Assembly: GCF_000315625.1 (NCBI RefSeq)
Contig: NW_005434531.1
Location: 12,933 to 76,932, forward strand
Origin: Guillardia theta CCMP2712
Taxonomy: Eukaryota > Protista > Cryptophyta
DNA: 64,000 nucleotides
Direction of reading: 5' to 3'
Shown piece after piece: positions 1 to 16,701 of the stretch. Position 1 is the stretch's first letter, and every line of letters begins with the position of its first letter. A program made the translations under genes and the position numbers. The notes beneath the pieces were generated by a model. That model saw nothing but the letters and a program-made list of their open reading frames with translations. It was not told where the DNA came from and searched no databases.

Positions 1-4480
<4,480 letters not shown>

Positions 4481-4689
4481 AACCGGGCAGCCCCTCCACG
4501 GTTTTTGAATTGGCGTGTACGAGGGGATCCAGCAAAGACTGAGGCGTGGAAAGGCGACTGAGAATCGAGAGGCTCAGAGATGGGAAGCGATGGAGGAGGA
4601 AGAGAAGATGATCGCGAGACGAGAAGACCAACAAGGCGAGTGACGAGAAGAAACACAAGAAGACGCGAGGAGGAAGACGCGAGGAGGAA

Positions 4690-7600
4690 TCAGACGGGAT
4701 GGTTAAGTTTAAGAATCTCTTCCTCACGCTCTTCTTCTCCTGCCTCGCAGCTTGCACAAACCTGTTGGAAAATGTTGAGGGAGAGCAAGAGTTGGGAAAT
4801 TATTACCTCTCTCCTGCTCCAAGTGCTCCTCCAATGCTCTCTTCGTGTAGCACAGCCGCAGCATGTCGTTCTACATCGCAGCGTGAGGAGGAGGAGGGGG
4901 AAGAGCGACCGAGGGACCTGTCGGGCAGCTGCGATGATGGCAGCTCGAGCAACGGAGATGAGCTGAGCAACAGAGAGAGACTCGTCAAGCTCGTCTGAGC
5001 GCGTCAGCTGTCGCATAGCATCCTGATCCTGCTCGAGCTCTTAAATCCCAGTCGCCTAGAGGAGAGGAAGGAGGAAGGAGAGAGCAAGGAGCAGAAGCAA
5101 ACAGGATGAAAAGAGAATTCAGGGGTGCGGTACCTCCATGTCGAGTCCTTGCAAGCACTGCATGAAGATTTCTTCTCTGCTCGTCTTGTCCGGCATCGGC
5201 AGCTCGACCTGCAGGAGGATCAGCAGCAAGCGTCTCCTCCTTCTCCCCTACAGTCTCGTCAAACCGTCCGGGTCGCAGAAGAGCTTCATCAAGCATGCTC
5301 TTGTCCCTCACACAGCCTGCGGTGCTTCAGCCGCACCCTCAGCTCTCCTCGTCTACCTATGAGCACAACATGCCCACCTCCCCCGCTCACTCCGTCCATC
5401 TCCTGCGTCCCCGTCAAGACCATCCGAGCAACTCGTCGCTTACATTGAGAAGGGTGCTAAGGACGCGAGCCTCCACGCCCTGAGCCTGAACAACAGGATG
5501 AACAAGTCGCAGCAAGAGCATCGGTAGACCTGCTGCTCGCCTTGCTGCAGGGAGCGCTTGATCGCGACAGCGTCAAGCTGGTCCAGTACGACTATCTCAC
5601 GCTCAGAGGATGAGAGGAGATGTGAGAGTTGTCGTACCTACGCAAGGAGAGAGCTCGCGAGCTTCTTGGAAAACTTGCTTGACCTTGTTGGTATGGTTAC
5701 CATCCACCACTCCTTCCCCCTTCCTTCCCCCCTCCCTCAGGACTCACCGCAGCTTCGCTCTCTCCTAGGAATGGCTTGAGAAGCGTGGGAGCCTGCGAGT
5801 ACCTCAGCAGCAAGTAGAGTTGCATTAAATGCGGTCTAGGAGGAAGGGAAGAGAAGGCGAGGGGAGGGGAGGACAAAGCTAGGAAGATGACGAGGATCAG
5901 AATGGGGGAAACAGCGACAAACCTTCACAAAGATGTTCGCACAAGGACAAGCACTTGCAAGTGAGCTCGCTAGAAAGGTTTTCCCGCAACCCTGTGCATT
6001 GCTGAGGAGCCTCAAGATGTGGAGGGCCAGGAGGGCAGCAGAGGCAGGAAGGATGATAGCAGGGGAAGCAGGGGCAGTAGTATCTTTCTCACGCTGGGCC
6101 CTGCAAGGAGGAGACCGCGAATGGGCTCGACGCCGAGCCTCTTGAACTTGGCAGGGTGAACGATCGGATCCAAAACCTGAAATAGCAGAATGAGCAGCTT
6201 CCTCCTCCTCCTCCTCCTCCCTCCCCTCCCCCCCCCCCCCCCCCCCGCCTCATACCTTCTCATCCTCCTCCTCTCACTCACCAGGTTCTGCATCCTCCGC
6301 CGAATCGCCTCGTATCCCTTCACCTCCTCCCAGGTCGCCGCGGCGTCTGGATGACTGTCAGTGTGACTTACAGGGGCGGCGACTATCACCAACTCGTCCG
6401 AAACCAGAGGAGACGTGCGAGCCGCTGCAGACTGAGAGCTTGCGCATGCCCTCACTCCATCCTCCAACCCACAGGTCTGCATTGCTGGGCGCTTCCTCCT
6501 CTGCTCTTCCTGCCGTCACGTGGCCCGTTGCTTGCCCTGGGATCTGGTGAGGGCGGGAGGGTTGAGCTCACAAGGACCTGAGCTGAGTGAGTTCATTGCG
6601 TACCGATGGAGGATGTTCATGTGCGACATGCCGAAGCCATGCGAGAGCTGACGGCATGACGTCACCAGGCAGACGCAGCGAGATCATCCCACCGCAGCCG
6701 CTGCCTGGAGCGAGGCCTCGTCGACTGGACTTGCGCTGCTGGCGTGTGAGATGCTGGGGATGTGAGCAGAAGCGATGCTTCTCAACGCTGCTTGAACTCT
6801 GTGAAGAAAGACATGGATGGCTGTCAATCACCTTCCTCCCGATGGTGAGAATGGATTGCCCGCAGAGTTATGATGTCCTCAAGTCCACAAGCTCTGCCAT
6901 CTCCAAGTCAATCACCATCTCATCTTGTTGCTCTTAGACGACCTTCTCGCCCAGAAAGGTATGGAGTCCGTGGTGTTTGAGCTAGCTATGATACAACAAC
7001 TCTGACTGGTGAGCAATACAGGATAAAACAACAATCAGTTGACTCCGAGCAAGTCCATTGATATCACCTGTTCCCTTGTCTGGGCCTGGTACGGATGAGA
7101 GACATCAATGAATTTGACACTGACTGTTGTATCAACGTCCCTCTGTCTTCGTGATCTGGCATGAGAATTACATCCCTTGAAAACGATTGATTCATGTGTT
7201 GCTACCAAACAAAAGATGAAGATCGTCAATGATCAATGTTGCTCCTGCTCATCAGATTTCACTCCGACTTCAATCATATCACCGTTTCCTCACCGTCCCC
7301 AACTTCGAAGCTCTTGAGATAGTCTGATATTCTGTCGTAGTCGTCGACCAAACCTCCCCTCTGCATGTCCAAGTCAGAACAATCGTTTCACATCGCAAGC
7401 ACATTTCCATCGAATGAAGCAGCAAGTCCCCACCATCGATCATGATGCACTTGAACTGCAGGTTGTCAGAGCTCACCAAGTGTTTGCATCTTTCTCACCC
7501 CACATCGCTTTACTGCCCAATCAATGACTCTCAGAATCGAAGTCTTCCCAAATCCATTCCTTGCGCAGATAAGAAGTCCTCTCGGAACAAGGTGATTGTA

Positions 7601-8765
7601 GTTCATTCCCTTCGGCTCAACTCATTTTCAGCGTCGTCTCATTCCCGCTTACCTTGCTTGCTTTGCCTGTGGCGTCGATTTCTGGGATTTTCTTTCCTGG
7701 GACTACAAGGAAAGGTTACAAAAAGTCGTAGAGTGACTTCTGCATTCTTACTAGTTGATGTCATGAATAAGTTCGAAATAGAATGGGCGATTTGGTGAGC
7801 ATGAGTTTGTGGAAGCCAATTGTTCTCGTTCATCAGAATAGACGATGTCTGTGTTCCTTTACACACACAATGAGACATCAAAGTGATGTTTTTACCATGT
7901 CCCTCAGTTCGCATTTCCTGCTCCATGACAGCTGCCCTTCATTCCCTTTCCCGTTGAGGTTGAACTTGCATCCCAAAGCAAATGTGAAGCATTCGCGGTC
8001 TCCGAAGGAGTTGTAGTCGAAGTCACCTACTTGACTTGCAATCTTTGAGGAGAGGGGGAAGGACGAGAGAGAGAATGTGAGAAAAGGAGAAGGAGAAGAA
8101 GGAAAAAGTGTTAGAAGCGAAGAGAAGGAGATACGTCAGAAGAAAAACGAAAAGACATGCAAACATCAAACATGAGTTACCGTATGCAATCGCAAGAATC
8201 GCAAAGTTGAGGTCCCTGATACCCCAGGTAATGGGATGTAGGAGTCCTTTGTTACAGTCATTCCCCACAATGTCTTTTGCACAAACTCGTCAAACCTGGT
8301 AATACATGTGTCAGCATCTGATTAGAAACTGACAAGACAACGACCATAATGTCGATTGTGAATGTTTCACTTGATGGAACTTGTCGGATGACACCTCCTC
8401 GAAGACTACTTCAAAGTTTGAATCTACAACTGTTTGCTGCAACAATCGCTCAACCGACACCCCCGACCCTTCCTGCTCTATTGGTGAGGAACCTTAGTAG
8501 TCGTAAAGGCTTCCTGACCTTCATTTCAAGAAGTAGCAGAGCTGAAGGATGTAGCGCGATCCATGGTTCTGATGCAGAAGATTCTCCCACATCCGTGGGC
8601 ATTAGGGCACACGAAATCGATTTTCCGTTCTGTGGGTTCTTGATACTTACGTAATCCAGAGGCTTCAATTGTAGCAACATCATATTCGTCAAGGTCATCC
8701 TGACATCTAAACGTTGAAAGCATCTCACACAATTGATTCACATAGTCGTCAAGGATCTTTATCAA
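4690..8765 (-). CDS. CDC48/AFG2(SPATA5)-like AAA+ ATPase, multi-exon; 5' end unresolved (possible first exon at 9750-9795)
   Basis: Exons give TWEEVKGYEAIRRRMQNL, FKRLGVEPIRGLLLAGPS|GCGKTFLAS (Walker A), APTLLKPFLGESEAA, VKQVFQEARELSPC|IVVLDQLD (Walker B position) and LDEALLRPGRFD (SRH). The upstream exons are divergent. Confidence 0.75.
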
Positions 8766-8874
8766 ATTCCTCTATTTCCTCTTCCTCCTCCTCCCCCTCC
8801 CCCTCCTTCTTCCCCCCTCCTCCTCCTCCTCCTCCACCACCTCCTCCTCTGCCTCCTCCTGCTCATCATCACAG

Positions 8875-9349
8875 CTATTGATGATCGAGTCCCCTTGGAG
8901 CGTCAAGAGCCTCCTCGACCTCATCTCCAGCAGCTCGGACCCGCAGTATCACGCGCTCATCGACACCGGCGCCCTGATCACAGGCATGACGAACCTGGAG
9001 GTGGCGAGCTATCTGATCGAGGCCGGACTCAGCTGGGCAGAGGGAGTGGTGTTCCTCGATGAGCTGGATAGGAAGATGATCCTGCTGAGGGACGGGCACA
9101 AGGTAGTGCCCCTGAACCAGTGCGACATCCACAAGGCAAGAAGGTTCGCCTTCTACGATCAGGTTCACACCACAGGGATGGACATACAGCACTGCCTCAA
9201 CGCCAAGGCCGTCCTCACCCTCGGCAAGGACATGACCTTCCGCGACTACGCGCAGGGGGCGTACAGGATGCGAGGGATCGGGATGGGGCAGACGATCCCA
9301 CCTTTTCGTCATCCCCGAAGTGCAGCAGCTGATCGACGACAATCTCAAG
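8875..9349 (+). pseudogene. Isolated exon of a DUF3638/DUF3645-type giant protein, with a +1 frameshift
   Basis: ALIDTGALITG...FYDQVHTTGMDI...AVLTLGKDMTFRDYAQGAYRMRGIGMGQTI; one extra C near 9297 shifts the natural continuation HLFVIPEVQQLIDDNLK|GT. No other exons of such a gene are visible. Adjacent to an N gap. Confidence 0.6.
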
Positions 9350-9548
9350 GTCGGTCAAGTCGCAGAATCAGCAGGAGGAGAANNNNNNNNNNNNNNNNNN
9401 NNNNNNNNNNNNNNNNNNNNNNNNNNNNNNNNNNNNNNNNNNNNNNNNNNNNNNNNNNNNNNNNNNNNNNNNNNNNNNNNNNCTCCCCCTCCTTCTTCCC
9501 CCCTCCTCCTCCTCCTCCTCCTCTCCTCCTCCTCCTCCTCTCCTCCTT

Positions 9549-9591
9549 ATCATCATCATCCTTATCATCATCATCATCATCATCATCCTTC

Positions 9592-9685
<94 letters not shown>

Positions 9686-9725
9686 TATCATCATCATCAT
9701 CCTTTTCATCATCATCATCATCATC
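9549..9725 (+). repeat. (CAT)n microsatellite
   Basis: Long, nearly pure ATC/CAT run with a few interruptions. Confidence 0.95.
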
Positions 9726-9963
9726 TCCAGCCTCCTCCTCCTCCATCACCTTCGCTCTTTTCGGGTCCTCCCTGTGCCACCGCCCGATAAGCCATGGCTG
9801 GACGGATCTCGTTACCACCCAACCCCCCCTTGTTGCTGTCATACGATCCCAGCCGTTTAGGTGCCTTTCTTGGAGATTCGAAGGTCGGGTGGGTAACCCC
9901 ACCCTCCTTTCTTCAATCTAAAATGGGGTGGACAGTTGAAGTGGGTAGGGCACGTGTAGTTGG

Positions 9964-9997
9964 ATGATGGTGGCCACCCAGCTTGTAAATGCGGTAG

Positions 9998-10041
<44 letters not shown>

Positions 10042-12555
10042 AAAGGAAGAGGAGGAAGAGGAGGAAGAGGAGGAACACTTCCATCGCTAGGTATGCTAGG
10101 TGTCCTGGTGTTCCTAGGAGCATTCGGAACAACAGAAACGCTCGGGGCTTCTGCATTCACCTTTTCGGGGGACGTCTCCGTAGCCGCCGCCTTCGTCCCT
10201 CAATGTCGCTGGTCTCTGCCGAGAGCTGCCGGTCGAGGAGTCTGCCATGTTCCTGTAAGCAAGATCAGCCTTGCACGCGAGCAGCAAATAGTCACAATGA
10301 GAGTGGGAGCGGTCAGGAGCGAAGGGGTTGGTCAGGCAGAACAACAGACAGATCATGAACAATTCAAGTACTGGAAAGGAGACAAGCCGCTCCCTCGCAT
10401 GAAGCGAACTGAAGAGCTTCGAGAGCTTGAGAGAATATGCAGGTGAGAAAATAAACAAACTCTTTGATGATGGGCTGATTGTTCGTTGAAAGGTATCTAC
10501 TTCGCGAGTATGAAGGATATGAAGACCTTCCCTTTACTGATAGCGAGATTGAAGGACAGGTGAAGCAACATCTCAGAGGTTTTCTCTCACCTCTTTGCAA
10601 TCAGATCATAAGACTCACCAAAGAAGTGTGGATCAAGTTCTTGGAGCAGGAGAAAGTTGTAGGTGAGGCAACCCGACATGCCTCCCGGCCTCAATTGACT
10701 CTTGGTAGACCATGGCAAAGATCCAATGAGACAACCAAAAGAAATGCGCGACAAATTCTTGAATCTCGTGAAAGCAAAAGGACAAGAAAGACTTCTGGCC
10801 ACAAGGGAGGAGGCAGAGGCTGCGATCATGTCTTTCTGCTCGAACCGAAACGAACGATCGATTCAGCGCAGTCTGTCCTATGTTCAGAAAATTGCAACTG
10901 ACTTTGCAACATTCTGGGGAGAGGCACAACTGGAGAAGGTAGTTAAAGAGTATTGCAGCGGATTGTGTTTGCTGATTCATTTCTTGCCCTGGTCAGGTCT
11001 TGGCGGAAACAAGCTATACCCCAGCATTGGAAGCAGCGGCAAAGCGAAATTCAACCGTAAAGAATGCTATCATTGCCTGCGCAATCTTGTCCGAATACAT
11101 GAGAATGAGCGACGCAGTCAGCAAGTTTTTAGGGAAAGAGAATTTGTTGTCTAGCGATTGGAAGCCAGAAGAGTGCAGCTACCAGGAGTTCGAGACTCGA
11201 AAGATTGCGCAGTACGAGCGTTTCCGTGCGTATCTGGAGCAAAAGGGTCTGGAGCAGAGCGAGGCAAAGAACGAGCTTGGGAGCCAATTCAAAGTTGGAC
11301 AGATTGTAGATTGTGAGGTAAAGTCCAAGGGACCGATCGGCTACATAGTAAGAGTGGAAGGAGAGCACGATGGCCTGGTCTACTACTCCGATATCTTCGA
11401 CGAGCCTCCGGTCATCGGCGAGGTGATTGAGGGGTGGGTCCTCAAGGTAGAACGAGCTTTGTCTCTCCTTCCTTCGCCTGACGCATGCTGCAGGTACGCG
11501 AGGACGGCAAGCTGGACGTGACGCTGAGGCCCCCGGGGGCCAAGGCGAAGATCTCCGATGGGGTGGAACGAATCCTGGAGGTGCTGAACAAGGGGAAAGG
11601 CAGGCTGAGCCTCGGAGACAAGAGCAACCCAAAAGAGATTTATGCCAAGTTGGGGATGTCGAAGAAAGTCTTTAAGGAGGCGATAGGGCACATGTACAAG
11701 AAGAGGATGTTGTTGCTTGAACCCACTCAGATCAGATTGCAACCAGCTGATATGTGGCTCACTGGAGTCCAGATGACAAAGAAAGAAATGATCTCAGAGA
11801 TGAAGGAAAAGAAAACCTCAGCCGAGAAGATGAAGTCGGAATCAAAGGCCGTTCCAGGCAGGGGAAAGCCTGCTGCTATGACGTCTGCGAGTCACGCTGC
11901 TGGGAAGAGCAATTCTGTTGAAGTTGCAGCAAATGAGCTGAGTGGAGAGACCGCGCGCCGCAGGTCCGAAGTTATGAAGAACTTGAACGAGGACATCGAA
12001 TGGAAGAAGAAAGAGGCTGCGGAGCGGTTAAGGCAGATGAAGGAACAGGTAAGCAAGCAAGCTCTTCCCTGTCTTGGTCTCATGCTTGTGCAGATGGCGA
12101 GAGAGAGAGAAAAGCAGAAGGAGATCTGGGAAGAGGAACGGCAAGCGCTGGATCCTCGTGAGAAGGAGCGAAGAAAGCAGCTCCTTGCTACCTCAGGCAA
12201 GGGCAAGAACGGAGGACTGAAGGCGACGCTGGAGAAGCTGCGAGCGTCGAAGCAGCAGTCGGTCGCAAAGGCTCAAGGAAGTTCGCAGGAAGGCAGCGAA
12301 GCAGCTCGAGAATCTCCGCCTTCAGAGCAGAGGGCCGCGACCAAGTCGAACAGAATGAGCCGGCTCACTGCGACTGAGGTGAGGCAGGGCCTGACTTGAA
12401 GTCCTCCTCCTCCTTTTTGCTCGTGCATGCCGCAAGAGGATCTCAGTGTGACTTGTTGCCAGGTGGCTGACATCGGAGCGGCGGTAGAGGATGCGATCAG
12501 GAACCCGCACAACATAGTAGCGAAGAGGAGCAGCACAGACGTCGTTTTGGGTTGA
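9964..12555 (+). CDS. Plastid-targeted CvfB/YitL-like protein (S1 domain + C-terminal winged helix) with long N- and C-terminal extensions, multi-exon
   Basis: FKVGQIVDCEVKSKGPIGYIVRVEGEHDGLVYYSDIF...GWVLK|VREDGKLDVTLRP (S1), then ILEVLNKGKGRLSLGDKSNPKEIYAKLGMSKKVFKEAIGHMYKKRML (CvfB WH). Hydrophobic leader MLGVLVFLGAF...GASA|FTF (ASAF-type). The start may be ATG 9964 or 10093. Confidence 0.8.
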
Positions 12556-13008
12556 GAGCAGGACCAAGAGGTGCAGCTGAGAGGAGAGGAGAGGAGAGGA
12601 GAGGAGAGGAGAGCGTTCATATGTACATTGGCATCCTTTTTATTCATTTGTAAACATACAAAACCAACTTAGCCGGCCAGTGCATCAGCAGCAGAAGCTA
12701 CGACGACTTGTTGCATGTTCAAATCTTGCCGACATTGAAATGTTGCATATCAGTTTGACGTGGTTGCAATCGGAAGGCGCCTGGACGTCTTGAGCAACTG
12801 GTGAATCGACAGGCACAAGTGAGGGGGTGGGGGTAGTGGTAGCGCGCGAATATGAGCATACGGGGGGTAGTTTTCCTCTTTGATGATGGGGGTAGGGGTC
12901 ATGCTGTAGTCAAACAAGGTGTTAAAAAAAAGCTCTACGAGGGATAGAAAGTCAGCCGGGCAAACAAACGAGAGGAAGAGAGAGCGAGAGAGCGAGAGCG
13001 AGAGCGAG

Positions 13009-13051
<43 letters not shown>

Positions 13052-13142
13052 CAGAGACAGAGACAGAGACAGAGGAGGAGAGGAGAGGGGAGAAGGAAGC
13101 AAGAAACTTGAAATCACATCTTCCAGCAAGAATTTTCATGCA

Positions 13143-13298
13143 ATGGGTGCTGCGTGCATGGGTGCGAGCTATGCTCATGAAGCGATGATAGCAGGGGCTA
13201 CCCTCGCCCTTGGATTCACTCCTACCGTCGTTGAGAGGAAGCACAAGAAGTTCAAACCAAAAAAAGGTCCGCAAAAGGAAGAGGCAAATACAGGAGCA

Positions 13299-13345
<47 letters not shown>

Positions 13346-13928
13346 AGGAGCAGGAGGAGGGGTTGGGAAGGAAGCCGGGGAACGAGCTGATGCTGGGATT
13401 GGAAAGGGGGATGGAGATATCACGGGTGGTAAAAGTAAGCAAGGGAGAGGGCAATTCGAAAAATGTTTCAACCATACAGATTCAAACTTGCATGGAGTTC
13501 GACGTCGAGGAGGCAACAGTGCTCTTGGCGATGCTCCCACCTTGAATCGCCGTCGGAGTCGCTCGCTGAGTGACCTGAGTGACGCGTTCGAGGAGGAGGC
13601 GCGCGCCACGGAGACTCCGGTGGAGCAGGGAGGTGTGCGACGCCTTCAAGGCCCTGAGAAGCAGAAGGAAGCAAGAGGCCCCCACCGATACGACGCCATC
13701 CTCAGCAAGAGCAGCATCGATGACAACCTGCACTTCGTCACCACCCGCGAGCACAGCGGTGGTTGGTCGAAGCGGCTTGGGAATCGACAATTAGCGAATC
13801 AGCTGGACTTCTTGCGAAACAGCTTGGAAGAGAGAGAGATCCTCAAGGCGATGAATGGAGGAGGGAAGAAGTCAGGCAAGCAGGACAAGAAGCAGGGAGG
13901 ATCTAAGGAGACAGTGTTGCACCTGTGA
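13143..13928 (+). CDS. Hypothetical protein; probable in-frame intron 13267-13479
   Basis: ORF with ATG; the (GGAGCC)n tract lies between a GT donor and a CAG acceptor that preserve frame. The second exon is protein-like, with no recognisable domain. Confidence 0.55.
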
Positions 13929-13992
13929 GAGGAGCTAAAGGAGAATAAACCACAGACCCATCGTTGTTCATTATAACTCTTACATTCACTCT

Positions 13993-16398
13993 TTACTTGT
14001 TCTTACATCCAGCTATCCTCCTATCTCGGTTAGGAGGTGGGTTTGAGGAAGGCGTCCTTCTTGGAACGAGGCCTCCGCCTCCTCTCCCCCTCTCCTGCGG
14101 AACAGAAGGATAGAGCGCCTCGCTGACATTCCAATGCTCTAGTGCTCTTGTTGCTTCCATCCTGTTCGTCGGCGCATTCATCCCAGCACTCAGCTCTCTG
14201 CCTTCCCTCCCCTCAATCCTTCTGTTCCCCACCATCGCATCGTGAGCAGCCGCAGGATCAGCTGCCAATGCAAGCTTGAGGTCCAGACGAGCGATAGAGG
14301 CCATAATTCGCGACTCCTCGTCCTCAACCGCCTCCATCTCGACCTTGGGTAGCATGGCCCTAGCAGGAGGCTTCTGCTGCTGGTACTGTGCTGCCTGCAT
14401 TCCTGCCAGCTTGTTCTGCCGGTACTGCTCCACAAGCGAGCGTGCCTCATCCGCATTTTGACGTAGCAATTCGGCAGACTTCCTGAGGGTGTGGCCTACG
14501 TCATGCCGTTGCCTTCCTTGCTGCGTGTGCTGCTGCACACCCGAGTATCCGTTCCTCTCTGACTTGAGATGCTCGCCCTCCCCCCGCCTCTTCGCGTATC
14601 CCTGCTTCGCCGTGTCTTCATTCCTGTTGGTCGCGCCATCCAGCATCCCAGGGTCAACTCCAAGCGCCATGTTCACAGCTTGTCGCAGCCATTGGTCTGT
14701 TCGCAAGATGCCGGAGAGCTGGTTGGATCCTGAGAGGTCCAAACTCTCCAGCAGAGACTCGTGGGGTGCCCTCGTGAGTCCTGCTGCTCCAGCTCCAGCT
14801 CCAGCTCCAGCTCCAGCTCCAGCTCCTCTTTCTACCTCGAATGCCGCGCCACGTGCCATCGCTCTGTGAGCCGGAGATTCGAGATCAAGACTATCCAGCA
14901 GCGCTGCTTGTGCTTTTGCTGCTGCGAGTCCTCCTCGCACTCTGCTAGCTCCTGCGCTCTGAGCCTTCCGCGAGCTTGCTTCTTGGACTTCAACTTTCAG
15001 GGGGTTGATGAATCTTTGCTCAACAGCGTCTGCTGTGTGGACAAGAGGTTTATACCGATCTGCTCCTCTGCTGTTTGTTTGCCTTCTGTGAAAGATGGAA
15101 ACATTCTCTACGGCCTTACGTCCTTCCTCAACCCCTTTGGCAGCTTCCATCCCCGAAGACTTCGGCTGAGGAAGGGGGCACCTCTGTTTGGCGCTGTGTC
15201 CTCGATAGGAGTTCTGACTATAGTAAGAGTTGGTCGTCCGGTTCGATGCAACGGTCGAGTTGCTCTTACAGCTCAGAACACTTCCTGTTGGTGAGGTTGC
15301 CCTTCTATGTGAGCCGGCTTCCTCTCCGCTGTTTACCTTCTTGAGATGTTCAATTTCCTCCCTGACAGCATCCACCCGTCGCCTGTACTTCCCTGCCGAG
15401 CCTGGTTTCACTTCATTGCCATTCTTCCCGCATCTCAGGTTCTCATTCCAGTAGCCGATGCTGCTCGGTGAAGTTCGGCCTGAAGCCGAACTTGGACAGT
15501 AGCTGGGGGTTTGCATCCCTGAGACATCTTGCGCGAACTCGAAAGCCGCAGGTCCACCAGCTTCTTGTCTCGCACCTGAGCTCAGGTAGGACGTAAAGTT
15601 GAACTCCCTTGCCCGCTCGATCCCCCGCTCAGCCTTGGCAAGCACTTCATCCACGTTGGAGAAGTCCTGCTTGTTCTTGCCCGTCAGTTTCTTCTCTTGG
15701 TGGCCATTGGTGGTCTCCTGATGTCTACTCCGAGAAGACGCTGCTGTCCCTTGACGCGAGGAGTCGGCCAGCATGTTGGACGTGGGTCTTACCCACCTGT
15801 CATGGTCCCTCGTGATGATTGTTGGGGGAGGAATGAGCGAGGGGGGTTGATAACCCACCCGTTGAGAGCCACTGCCAGGACCCACCCCCGCGTTCCATGC
15901 CGGTTTTTCTCCATTGACGAGCTTGCCATTGGGGTTTCTACTCACAGCCGAGGGTTCTTCCTCCTTCACACTCGGCACGACCACGTCGTCGAATCGCACC
16001 TCCAAGGGTTTCACTCTCGCTCCGGCTGTAATTAGGGACCTGTTCTCCTCAATCTGCGCCCTGCGCTCTTCCAGCGCTTTCCGTATTCTCAATTCTTCTT
16101 GCCATTCCTGCTGTTTCGCAATCTCATCTTTCTGCTTGAGTCTCCTAGCCGTCTCCCTGCGTAACTTGGCTGCTCGAGCATCCGCAGCTTTCCGCGAAGA
16201 CTCCTCTAGCTCTTGTATTGTGACTTTCTGACGAGTCGCAGCAGGTCTGCATACCTCCTCCTGTTTCGAGTTCTCGATGAGTTGCCACTTCCCTTTCTTC
16301 AAGGAAGGATCCCAGACCCATTGCCATTGGTCTCCCTGTTTCGCCTGAGTGTTGTTCACAACTCGGTAATCACTAATCGTTATCGGAGTGACTGCCAT
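13993..16398 (-). CDS. Intronless 801-aa low-complexity/coiled-coil protein of unknown function
   Basis: 2.4-kb uninterrupted ATG-initiated ORF; N-terminal Trp-rich WQWVWDPSLKKGKWQL followed by a charged coiled coil. Confidence 0.8.
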   Translation of the reverse strand: MAVTPITISDYRVVNNTQAKQGDQWQWVWDPSLKKGKWQLIENSKQEEVCRPAATRQKVTIQELEESSRKAADARAAKLRRETARRLKQKDEIAKQQEWQEELRIRKALEERRAQIEENRSLITAGARVKPLEVRFDDVVVPSVKEEEPSAVSRNPNGKLVNGEKPAWNAGVGPGSGSQRVGYQPPSLIPPPTIITRDHDRWVRPTSNMLADSSRQGTAASSRSRHQETTNGHQEKKLTGKNKQDFSNVDEVLAKAERGIERAREFNFTSYLSSGARQEAGGPAAFEFAQDVSGMQTPSYCPSSASGRTSPSSIGYWNENLRCGKNGNEVKPGSAGKYRRRVDAVREEIEHLKKVNSGEEAGSHRRATSPTGSVLSCKSNSTVASNRTTNSYYSQNSYRGHSAKQRCPLPQPKSSGMEAAKGVEEGRKAVENVSIFHRRQTNSRGADRYKPLVHTADAVEQRFINPLKVEVQEASSRKAQSAGASRVRGGLAAAKAQAALLDSLDLESPAHRAMARGAAFEVERGAGAGAGAGAGAGAAGLTRAPHESLLESLDLSGSNQLSGILRTDQWLRQAVNMALGVDPGMLDGATNRNEDTAKQGYAKRRGEGEHLKSERNGYSGVQQHTQQGRQRHDVGHTLRKSAELLRQNADEARSLVEQYRQNKLAGMQAAQYQQQKPPARAMLPKVEMEAVEDEESRIMASIARLDLKLALAADPAAAHDAMVGNRRIEGREGRELSAGMNAPTNRMEATRALEHWNVSEALYPSVPQERGRGGGGLVPRRTPSSNPPPNRDRRIAGCKNK

Positions 16399-16632
16399 CC
16401 CTTCGCTTCAATCAGACTTATGGCCCTCAACGCTTATACTAAATGACATGAAAAAATCACAACGGTGCTTGAAATTTGCAAGACAACTGCAAAGTATTAC
16501 AGTCAGTAGAAAACAAACTAAAGAAAGCAAAATTCTACAGAAAACACAACTTTAGTCACAGCCAGGCGTGAACAAAGCGTAGATGAGGAAGAGGGGGAGA
16601 GAGCCCAGTGTGTGAGCGTAGCATGTGTGAAA

Positions 16633-16701
16633 GAGAGGAGAGAGGGTACAGTAGAGAGGAGAAAGGGTACAGTAGAGAGGAGAAAGGGTACAGTAGAGAG
16701 G
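16633..16701 (+). repeat. 21-bp tandem repeat (GAGAGGAGAAAGGGTACAGTA) x3
   Basis: Three adjacent near-identical copies upstream of the 801-aa ORF. Confidence 0.8.

Noticed and set aside
9320-9921. Poly-His, poly-Met, poly-Asp and poly-Ser ORFs
   Set aside because: Translations of a (CAT)n microsatellite spanning an N gap.
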